Positions 8,294 through 15,283 of a stretch of DNA of 64,000 nt are shown here, piece by piece (the first letter of the stretch is position 1; each line of letters opens with the position of its first letter). The notes below the pieces were generated by a model, which was not told the origin of the DNA, did no database searches, and was given only the letters and a program-made list of their open reading frames with translations. Origin of the DNA: Candidatus Woesearchaeota archaeon (GTDB taxonomy: Archaea; Nanobdellota; Nanobdellia; SCGC-AAA011-G17; JACPIM01); contig JBDRGP010000029.1 in assembly GCA_043817645.1 (NCBI GenBank), forward strand, positions 58,226-122,225. The letters are read 5' to 3'. The translations under genes were made by a program, and so were the position numbers.

Positions 8294-8722
8294 TTAACAT
8301 TCTCCTGGTTTATATTTGTTTACATTTTGACAAGCCACACAACTATTGCTATAGGTCTTCCCATCATCACCACAAACCGGGTCATATTCCTGAGTACAAA
8401 ATTCCCCAACTTCCTCAGGACAATCTATATCTTCCACAATTAACCCAGTACACCTCCAATTAATACTAACCTCTCCAGTTTCAGTTTTCACAACACAAGC
8501 AGGATTACACCCCTGTTTTTCAATATCTAAATCTATCCACCAGGTTTTTGTACCTTCATTACAAAGAGCCTTCCCCAAATTTCCTTGATTACATTCACTA
8601 TCCAAAGCAATTTTTCTAGCATCGCTCAAACTCATACCAGCACATAGCTCCGTTCCTAACTCACACCCAACTATCAAAAAAAGAACTCCAACTATTAGTA
8701 AACTAATTAATATTTTTTTCAT
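8294..8722 (-). CDS. Lipoprotein with a C-terminal Kazal-type protease-inhibitor domain
   Basis: It has a signal peptide plus LIVGC lipobox. The C-terminus CTQEYDPVCGDDGKTYSNSCVACQ matches the Kazal signature (C-x-PVCG-x-DGKTY-x-N-x-C-x-x-C). Confidence 0.6.
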   Translation of the reverse strand: MKKILISLLIVGVLFLIVGCELGTELCAGMSLSDARKIALDSECNQGNLGKALCNEGTKTWWIDLDIEKQGCNPACVVKTETGEVSINWRCTGLIVEDIDCPEEVGEFCTQEYDPVCGDDGKTYSNSCVACQNVNKYKPGEC

Positions 8723-9015
8723 TTTCCAATTGTAGACCCTTTCTCACACCTATTATCTATACACACACAACCAAAATCCTCGCATTGTTCCACACAATCA
8801 AATTCCTCACAGATATCCGTCTCAAGTATATCATAATATTCTCCATTCATACACCGACAAATATCCGGTTGAGCTAAACAATCGTCTTTAGTCTCACAGA
8901 ATTCATAACCCGCTATCATTTCAGGAGGAGGCCTAAAAATATGGTCTAACCATAAACGCCCTCCAAAAACAACTAAAACAACTACAACAACCAAAACAAA
9001 AAATACTTTCTTCAT
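8719..9015 (-). CDS. Small secreted Cys-rich protein (14 Cys in 98 aa)
   Basis: It has an N-terminal signal/TM, then CETKDDCLAQPDICRCMNGEYYDILETDICEEFDCVEQCEDFGCVCIDNRC. It has 4-nt overlaps with both neighbouring genes. Confidence 0.5.
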   Translation of the reverse strand: MKKVFFVLVVVVVLVVFGGRLWLDHIFRPPPEMIAGYEFCETKDDCLAQPDICRCMNGEYYDILETDICEEFDCVEQCEDFGCVCIDNRCEKGSTIGK

Positions 9016-9989
9016 CCCCGCCTCACACTAAACTTAGGATTCTCCAAATTTTCTCCAGCATCTAAAAAGAACGTAAATCCTCTAAGACTTCCTTCAGCAC
9101 TTGTATTTTTTTTATCTAACTTCACACCGATTTTCTCAGCAACACCAGATAAATATTCTTTCAATTCTTCCTTACTTGCAAACTTGATATTTGTCTCAAG
9201 TTTTTTTCCTTGAAATTCCACTTCAATAGGTTTGTTATATTCATCACAAATTATACCAGTTATTTGATGGTCATGCAAAAAAGGTTCTATCCTACCCAAC
9301 CCGAACACATCATTCACTAAATAATATTTAACATTAGTATCGTGTCCTTCCTGTAAATTAAATTTCTTTCCATACTTCTGAATAAGCTCCCATCCTTTTT
9401 CCATATTCTTAATTTTTCTTTTCTTCTTAATCTTATTCAAAACTTGTAAATCAATACCATCTAAGTTAGGCTCATCAACTATATATTTATCAGCAACATT
9501 CACTGATGCAAGAACTCTTTTAGTTATTTTATCCTTAATTAAATCCTTATGACCAATGAGTGTTTCATCTCCTTCCAATAACCTTCTCCTTCTTTTTTTA
9601 AACCTATCCGGCTTTCTAGGTTTCTTAAATCTATCTGAAACATTAACTACTTTTTCAACATACTGCGGAACATCCTTATATTCATGAATACCCACCTCGC
9701 CAATAGGTTTTGGAACAGGCTCTACAGAAACCCCAACAGGAATCTTAAACAATTTTCGTTTTATATTGTCCTTTAAGTTTGTCCTAGCACTTAAATTCTG
9801 CCTCAAACGCTCAAGAGACAAAGGACCATATTTTTTCTTTACAAAAGTATAAGCGCAGCCCCTCATAAAAGTTTCTAAAACAAAAACATTTTTCACAACT
9901 TCTGGATTTTCAATTTTACTTAGAATATTTTGCAAATCTTTCTTCTGCTCTTCCCACTCTTCATCATACAAAAAAACAGTCTCATTCAT
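9012..9989 (-). CDS. Hypothetical 325-aa protein (basic KR-rich centre), member of the coupled operon
   Basis: Long ORF with no recognisable family. It overlaps the downstream gene by 4 nt and the upstream gene by 1 nt. Confidence 0.5.
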   Translation of the reverse strand: MNETVFLYDEEWEEQKKDLQNILSKIENPEVVKNVFVLETFMRGCAYTFVKKKYGPLSLERLRQNLSARTNLKDNIKRKLFKIPVGVSVEPVPKPIGEVGIHEYKDVPQYVEKVVNVSDRFKKPRKPDRFKKRRRRLLEGDETLIGHKDLIKDKITKRVLASVNVADKYIVDEPNLDGIDLQVLNKIKKKRKIKNMEKGWELIQKYGKKFNLQEGHDTNVKYYLVNDVFGLGRIEPFLHDHQITGIICDEYNKPIEVEFQGKKLETNIKFASKEELKEYLSGVAEKIGVKLDKKNTSAEGSLRGFTFFLDAGENLENPKFSVRRG

Positions 9990-10333
9990 TAAAACATACT
10001 CCCAAAATCTTCTTTCTCATTTGTATTCAAAGGTATGTTCTCTTTACTTCTCACAAACCTCTCTAAAAGTAACAAACCATGTGCAATCTTCTTATTTTGT
10101 TCCAAAAGATCGGTTAATTTTCTAGCTAAAGGTTCTTTGATCTCGCCTTTTTCAATATGTTCTGCAGCTTTTTGAAAAATTTCTACCAAACCATCAACTT
10201 TTTTTGTCAAAATATTCATAGAAATTAACAAATCTGCAGTTTTTTTCTGCAATTCTATATTATTTTTTACTAAATGATCTATAATATCTTGTTTAGTAAT
10301 ACGTGAAGAAGATTTTCTTACCAAAAATTTCAC
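9989..10333 (-). CDS. Hypothetical helical protein, first gene of the coupled operon
   Basis: 114 aa with predicted coiled-coil/helical character. Confidence 0.45.
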   Translation of the reverse strand: MKFLVRKSSSRITKQDIIDHLVKNNIELQKKTADLLISMNILTKKVDGLVEIFQKAAEHIEKGEIKEPLARKLTDLLEQNKKIAHGLLLLERFVRSKENIPLNTNEKEDFGSMF

Positions 10334-10477
10334 CTCTTAATACAAAATTTTATAATATACATACAAAAAACTACTATAAAAAGCTTTTTATTGCATATTT
10401 AGCACAAAAATCCACTAAAAAAACCAAAAATTGCAAAAATCACAACTTTTTTAAACACTTAATCCTCAGTTTTACCT

Positions 10478-10645
10478 ATGGCAGATAATAAAATACAAAT
10501 GCCCCAATCTGGTGGGGGGATAGTAAGGTATTTTGATGATTTTAAGAGTAAAATAGAATTTAGCCCCTGGGTTATCATCGGGGTAATAATATTTATTATT
10601 ATTTTAGAGCTACTTTTACACAAAATTAACCTTTTAGGTTTTTAA
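10478..10645 (+). CDS. Preprotein translocase subunit Sec61-beta (archaeal SecG), not in the ORF track
   Basis: The translation MADNKIQMPQSGGGIVRYFDDFKSKIEFSPWVIIGVIIFIIILELLLHKINLLGF (55 aa) has the conserved GxxRYF(D/E)(D/E) motif and a C-terminal TM helix. Confidence 0.65.
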   Translation: MADNKIQMPQSGGGIVRYFDDFKSKIEFSPWVIIGVIIFIIILELLLHKINLLGF

Positions 10646-10691
10646 ATATCTCAGAAGTTTTATATACTCAGAAGATTCTGATATTTATAGC

Positions 10692-11021
10692 ATGATTCCT
10701 AATATTAATCCCAAACAAATGCAGCAGATGATGAAGAAGCTAGGTATGAAACAAGAGGAAATTGAGGCATCAGAAGTAATAGTAAAATGCATAGATAAAC
10801 AAATCCGTGTTGTAAACCCTCATGTAACTAAAGTCCATATGGCAGGTCAAGAAAGTTTGCAGATCACAGGAGAGTTTGTAGAAGAAGACCTAGAAAGCTT
10901 CTCAGAAGATGACCTTAAAACAATCATAGACCAAACAGGTTGCACTGAAGAAGAAGCAAAAAAGGAATTAGAAAAAACAGGAGATCTCGCTGAGGCGATA
11001 TTGAAACTAAAAAAAGAATAG
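10692..11021 (+). CDS. nac: Nascent polypeptide-associated complex protein alpha (NAC domain plus C-terminal UBA)
   Basis: N-terminal NPKQMQQMMKKLGMKQEEI and the NAC domain are present. The C-terminus DQTGCTEEEAKKELEKTGDLAEAIL is UBA-like. Confidence 0.85.
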   Translation: MIPNINPKQMQQMMKKLGMKQEEIEASEVIVKCIDKQIRVVNPHVTKVHMAGQESLQITGEFVEEDLESFSEDDLKTIIDQTGCTEEEAKKELEKTGDLAEAILKLKKE

Positions 11022-11040
11022 ACCATATCTAATTTTTTAA

Positions 11041-11505
11041 ATGGAGACATATCACAATTCAATGAAAGACGCTAGTATGAGATTTAGGAATGCAGACCAC
11101 ATGGCTTATGTTACCTATCCCTTAATAAACGACCCTAAACTTATAGTAGTAATCACTGAGAATCTCTATCACGCCTTACTAAATGCAATAAATGCCTTAT
11201 TAGAATATGAGCATTACCATAAAAGAATAGAGTTTATACCAGAAAGTCTAAATGAAAAAATAAAAACTTTTAGAGACCAAATCTCAAAAACATACGGATT
11301 TCCAAGAGAAATAAGCGTAATCTTCGAAGACCTTCACAAAATAATTGAATTCAAAGAGAAAAGTCCGATTGAGTTTATCAGAAAAAGCAATTACATAATC
11401 TGCGATAACGCATACAGCACAAAAATGATCAATTTTCAAAAAATAAAAGGTCAGGTTATTATAATAAAACCATTCATACAAAAAGTTCAAAATATTTTAA
11501 ATTAA
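11041..11505 (+). CDS. Hypothetical protein, paralog A (shared ADHxxYVT N-terminal motif)
   Basis: 154 aa. RFRNADHMAYVTYPLINDPKLIVVITENLYHALLNAINALLEY aligns with paralog B. Confidence 0.5.
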   Translation: METYHNSMKDASMRFRNADHMAYVTYPLINDPKLIVVITENLYHALLNAINALLEYEHYHKRIEFIPESLNEKIKTFRDQISKTYGFPREISVIFEDLHKIIEFKEKSPIEFIRKSNYIICDNAYSTKMINFQKIKGQVIIIKPFIQKVQNILN

Positions 11506-11507
11506 AA

Positions 11508-11936
11508 ATGGATTTTGGAGATTATGAGGACAGTGCGGAACAGGAATTAAAAAGAGCAGACCATCTGCTTTATGTTACTTTGAAGTACACCAGAAATGTT
11601 GATGTAATCAAAAATATAATTAAAAGATTAATCAACGCGTATGATTTCACAGTACTTGAAGCATTAAATTACTTAAAAGTCAAAAAAATTCCTGATGTTC
11701 CTAGAATGAGAATGAAACTTTTAGCAGAAAAACTGCCAAAATTAGGAAAGGAAGCAAAGTTCTACTTAGTTTTAAAAGAAATAGACGCTGCACCATTCAA
11801 AAGAACAGAAGAATTCAGAAAAAACGTAACTCTACTTACTAAAGTGATGAATGTGAATATTGAAAAAGTAAAAGCTTATTTTGAAAGAACTATGCTTTTT
11901 GTAAAGACCATTGAAGAGATGGTTAAGAAAAAATGA
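11508..11936 (+). CDS. Hypothetical protein, paralog B of the upstream gene
   Basis: 142 aa. LKRADHLLYVTLKYTRNVDVIKNIIKRLINAYDFTVLEALNY aligns with paralog A. The gene is separated from the neighbouring genes by 2-4 nt. Confidence 0.5.
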   Translation: MDFGDYEDSAEQELKRADHLLYVTLKYTRNVDVIKNIIKRLINAYDFTVLEALNYLKVKKIPDVPRMRMKLLAEKLPKLGKEAKFYLVLKEIDAAPFKRTEEFRKNVTLLTKVMNVNIEKVKAYFERTMLFVKTIEEMVKKK

Positions 11937-12466
11937 CTAATTTCAAAGAAGTAGCAATGGCAGTTGGTATTGCAGTACTTTCTGCTTTATTTATTATTTT
12001 ATTAGTTGATGCTTTTTATGAGTCTCCCAAATACCTGGATTTTTGTGAAGAAAGATTTGAAAGGCCAGTAAGGCTTGTTTCTCCAGAAGAATGCGATCTC
12101 ACACAAACTGAAGAAGAAATTCAATGCCTTAATGATGATGGAATGCCAAGATACGACTTTGACGATAAAGGCTGCCAGGTATTTTCTTCATGCGATCTTT
12201 GTAGTAAGGAATATAGAGCTGTTAGCGAAAAATATAATAAAAATATCTTCTTGATTATGGCCCCCTTAGGAATATTATTAATCCTATTCGGAGTTCTGTA
12301 CAAAGTAGCCTTTTTAGGCAGCGGTTTTATGTTTGGCGGTATTATCGTACTAGCCTACGGCACTATAAGGTTTTTTGCAGATATGAACAAGTATGTAAGA
12401 GTTATAGTCATTTTTATTGAATTAATTCTCTTATTATTGATAGGTATTAAAAAGGTGAAAAAGTAA
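11933..12466 (+). CDS. Membrane protein with a Cys-rich extracytoplasmic segment
   Basis: 177 aa with an N-terminal TM, a loop carrying 7 Cys (CEERFERP...CDLTQTEEEIQCLNDDG...CQVFSSCDLC), then 2-3 TM helices. Confidence 0.5.
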   Translation: MTNFKEVAMAVGIAVLSALFIILLVDAFYESPKYLDFCEERFERPVRLVSPEECDLTQTEEEIQCLNDDGMPRYDFDDKGCQVFSSCDLCSKEYRAVSEKYNKNIFLIMAPLGILLILFGVLYKVAFLGSGFMFGGIIVLAYGTIRFFADMNKYVRVIVIFIELILLLLIGIKKVKK

Positions 12467-12593
12467 ATTTTCTAAAAAGGCTCTATTTCTAGACACTATT
12501 TATTATTTAGCAGTGGTTAAAAACAAAAAGATTTAAATACTAGTGAATAGATAGTAATAGTATCAAAATATCATAATTATGAGGTATTAAAAA

Positions 12594-12926
12594 ATGGAAA
12601 ATAAATATACACCACTGACTTTTATTAAAAATGTTAGAAAAATGGGTTTACCTATGGCTTTTGCGGAAGATTTAAGAGCGACTGCTAGGAGTGAATATGC
12701 AATTGAGAGAAAAACTGAGAGTTTAGCTTCTAAAGTAGGGTTCTCCGAAGAAAATGCAAAGGGGTTAGGAAGCCTTGCTGCCACAGGACATGCTTTAGCG
12801 ACACTCCCTGCCTTAGTTGCAGGTCTTGCAGTTGTTGTTCCATGTGCTTTAGTTTCTAATGTTTATAAAATATCAAGGATGACAAACCGAGCTATGAAAA
12901 ATCCTTCAGCACAACCATCTGTATAA
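12594..12926 (+). CDS. Hypothetical protein, compositionally GC-richer than its surroundings
   Basis: 110 aa, Ala/Leu-rich C-terminus. Local GC is visibly higher. Confidence 0.3.
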   Translation: MENKYTPLTFIKNVRKMGLPMAFAEDLRATARSEYAIERKTESLASKVGFSEENAKGLGSLAATGHALATLPALVAGLAVVVPCALVSNVYKISRMTNRAMKNPSAQPSV

Positions 12927-12992
12927 GGATAATTATAAGGCAAGATTTTTCTCTCTTTCTTATTTTTTTATATTGTTTATATCCAAAAGACC

Positions 12993-13010
12993 TTACAGCT
13001 CACAAAAAAC
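12993..13010. repeat. 18-bp direct repeat TTACAGCTCACAAAAAAC, left copy (right copy at 15218-15235)
   Basis: The 18-mer is identical at both sites. The left copy is part of an 8-bp-stem hairpin (acagctca...tgagctgt). Confidence 0.6.
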
Positions 13011-13085
13011 TGAGCTGTAAACTTAGCGTCATCTGTTCTTATTAGATTTCGACAGATTTTTAAACTTCGGGTTCCTAATAATTTT

Positions 13086-13244
13086 ATGAAAGTTATGAAA
13101 GTGGTTGATAAAAAAGTGGGAAATACGACTTATTTCAAATATAGGATCAATCTACCGAAAGAGGCAGTTGAGAAACTAAATCTCCTCGATAAAAATCTAA
13201 AAGTGAAAGTTGAGAAAGGCAAGATTATAATAGAGAAGGAGTAG
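13086..13244 (+). CDS. AbrB/SpoVT (swapped-hairpin) family small DNA-binding protein, not in the ORF track
   Basis: The translation is MKVMKVVDKKVGNTTYFKYRINLPKEAVEKLNLLDKNLKVKVEKGKIIIEKE (52 aa). This resembles AbrB/MazE-type looped-hinge-helix domains. Confidence 0.45.
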   Translation: MKVMKVVDKKVGNTTYFKYRINLPKEAVEKLNLLDKNLKVKVEKGKIIIEKE

Positions 13245-13277
13245 CAATTCGGGTACCGATAAGTTTATATAGTTCGG

Positions 13278-14156
13278 GTGCCTAATTATAGCATGAAAGA
13301 TGCTATAAAATGTAAACATTGTTCAAGTTCGAACTTTTGCAAGAAAGGATTTAGAAAGACAGATTATCGAGGGAAAATTCAAAAATATTATTGTAAAAAC
13401 TGTAAGAGATTCTTTACAAATGATGAGGGGTTTTATAGAATGAGATTTAATCCTAAAACGATAACCATGTCTGTTGATATGTATTTATCAAATCTATCAT
13501 CAAGAAAGATGAGAAACCAATTAACAAGGCACTTCTCGATAAAAGCCAGTCACATGACTATACTAGACTGGGTTAGAAGATATAGCTTGAAAGTTCATAA
13601 GTTTGTTGAGAACTTAGGTTACAATCTTGGAAATCATTTTTATGCAGATGAAACGGAGATTAATAGATTAGGACACAGAGATAATTTCTGGGCTTGTGTT
13701 GATTGGGACACAAGAATGATAACAGGAATACATTACTCTGTTGCTACAAATATAAAAGAAGCAACAGTTTTCATACAGAAATCAGTTAGCAAAGGAAAAC
13801 CAAAATACATTCAAACAGATTCGGCTCAGTTTTACCCGAAAGCGTTCAAGAAATTATTTTATTCAAATAAAATTGGTGGCTTGGTAGTAGAGCATAAAAT
13901 ACAAAATGTTAGAAAAACTAAGATACATAACTATAAGATAGAAACCGTTTTCATGAAAATAAAAGATAGAGTCCATGATTTTAGGGGACTAAAGGCCTTA
14001 TGGTCTGCTCCAATAATCATGACTGGTTTAACAATACAGCATAATTTCATAGAACCTCATTGTAATAAACAAGAGTTTCCTTGTAACCTTGCTGGAGTTG
14101 ATTTAGGTTTAAAAGAAAACAGATGGTTGGATTTAATAAGGATGAGTTCACGATGA
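13278..14156 (+). CDS. IS6-family transposase (archaeal type with N-terminal zinc finger)
   Basis: 292 aa. The N-terminal CKHCSSSNFC...CKNCKRF is a Zn finger. The DDE region includes ADETEI, and length and organisation are typical of archaeal IS6. Confidence 0.7.
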   Translation: MPNYSMKDAIKCKHCSSSNFCKKGFRKTDYRGKIQKYYCKNCKRFFTNDEGFYRMRFNPKTITMSVDMYLSNLSSRKMRNQLTRHFSIKASHMTILDWVRRYSLKVHKFVENLGYNLGNHFYADETEINRLGHRDNFWACVDWDTRMITGIHYSVATNIKEATVFIQKSVSKGKPKYIQTDSAQFYPKAFKKLFYSNKIGGLVVEHKIQNVRKTKIHNYKIETVFMKIKDRVHDFRGLKALWSAPIIMTGLTIQHNFIEPHCNKQEFPCNLAGVDLGLKENRWLDLIRMSSR

Positions 14157-14170
14157 TAAACAGTTATTCA

Positions 14171-15103
14171 TTAAACTTTTCGCCACACATCCCTGTATAA
14201 TTTAGTGGGAGTTCCTTTGCCCTCCCAATCTCTGAATTGTTTCATCCACGCCTGGGATACGAATAGATCATCTAGAAATCCTATTGTCTGTTTAGGGCTC
14301 TTTACAAATTTACCTGCCAAAACTGCCCATGCCTTTGGATTAACCATAGATGTCCTTTTTCCATCATTAAGCCACGTCTCAGAAGTTATATGATAGTCTT
14401 CGGTTCCATCTTCTCTACTTTCAAGCTCAAAGTAACCTCTTGCACACTCCCCAAGTTGATTCGTAGTAGGATACCACCCTCCAAAATCTCTAGCTATTTG
14501 AGCGCAATGATAATCCAAGGTCCCTCTTTTAAAATTGCTTGGCCCCTTCACAATCTCCTTTGGATCAAAAGAGAATCCATCATTAAAGTGGACTATCGTG
14601 GTTGCAAATTTTCCTTTTGGCTTGAGAATCATGTGAACTAATTTAAACATTTCTTGATATATTTGATCTTGCTTACCTTCTACAGCATCTTGAACTTGTA
14701 CAAAGTGTTCAGCAGATCCATTAGCAATAACTCCATCAAAAGAATTAGCCCAAGAATCCGGCATATTTCTGTAATTCATTAACCTAACATCCAAACCATT
14801 CTTAACACACCTTCTAGCTTGTTTTTCTGATACGGTGATACCAACTGCAATGGTCCCCCGGTTCTCTGCGGTTTTTAAAACTCTTCCATATCCACATCCA
14901 ATATCCAGAATTCTAGCTCCGCTACCACAACCTATCTGATCAAGTAACCAATTAGCTTGGTTTTCTTGAGCTTTCTGGTATGATTGCTCAGGATCTCCGT
15001 TGTAAACCCCATCCGTAAAATCTGAAATCCCGCAAGAGGCAAATGCATCTAAGAAATCATAGCAACTCATAACTGCCTGAGAGGTATTTTCTATATCTTC
15101 CAT
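14171..15103 (-). CDS. SAM-dependent methyltransferase of the cyclopropane-fatty-acyl-phospholipid synthase / mycolic-acid cyclopropane synthase family
   Basis: 310 aa. The SAM motif ARILDIGCGYGRV is followed by TIAVGITVSEKQ and later SFDGVIANGSAEHF. The arrangement is collinear with CmaA/Cfa enzymes. Confidence 0.65.
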   Translation of the reverse strand: MEDIENTSQAVMSCYDFLDAFASCGISDFTDGVYNGDPEQSYQKAQENQANWLLDQIGCGSGARILDIGCGYGRVLKTAENRGTIAVGITVSEKQARRCVKNGLDVRLMNYRNMPDSWANSFDGVIANGSAEHFVQVQDAVEGKQDQIYQEMFKLVHMILKPKGKFATTIVHFNDGFSFDPKEIVKGPSNFKRGTLDYHCAQIARDFGGWYPTTNQLGECARGYFELESREDGTEDYHITSETWLNDGKRTSMVNPKAWAVLAGKFVKSPKQTIGFLDDLFVSQAWMKQFRDWEGKGTPTKLYRDVWRKV

Positions 15104-15217
15104 CTTAAAGATTGAATTTTATAAATACTTATAAACATTTATCTGATGGAATGATATAAAATTTTAACTAAGATATATCATCTAAAGATCATCTTACCAG
15201 TCTAGATGACGTTTACT

Positions 15218-15235
15218 TTACAGCTCACAAAAAAC
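15218..15235. repeat. 18-bp direct repeat TTACAGCTCACAAAAAAC, right copy
   Basis: It is identical to 12993-13010. An adjacent 7-bp inverted repeat tcatcta/tagatga lies at 15178-15209. Confidence 0.6.
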
Positions 15236-15283
15236 ATATATTTAAATACCCAAATTCCCATATTCTTAGTACAATGAAACGAG

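Larger units (their letters stand above)
13011..15217. mobile_element. ~2.2-kb inserted block bounded by 18-bp direct repeats, carrying an AbrB-like small ORF, an IS6-family transposase and a CFAS-family methyltransferase
   Basis: There are flanking direct repeats and GC-richer composition. A transposase is present, and the cargo gene is atypical for an archaeon. Confidence 0.45.

Noticed and set aside
10303-10488. 61-aa ORF upstream of NAC
   Set aside because: It has a Lys/Asn-rich low-complexity product and overlaps the promoter and start of the much better supported Sec61-beta ORF.
11041-11936. Interpreting the RxxxxH word (RFRNADH) in the paralog pair as a HEPN nuclease motif
   Set aside because: The motif sits at the extreme N-terminus and is not conserved as Rx4-6H in the second paralog. 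This is inconsistent with HEPN domain topology.
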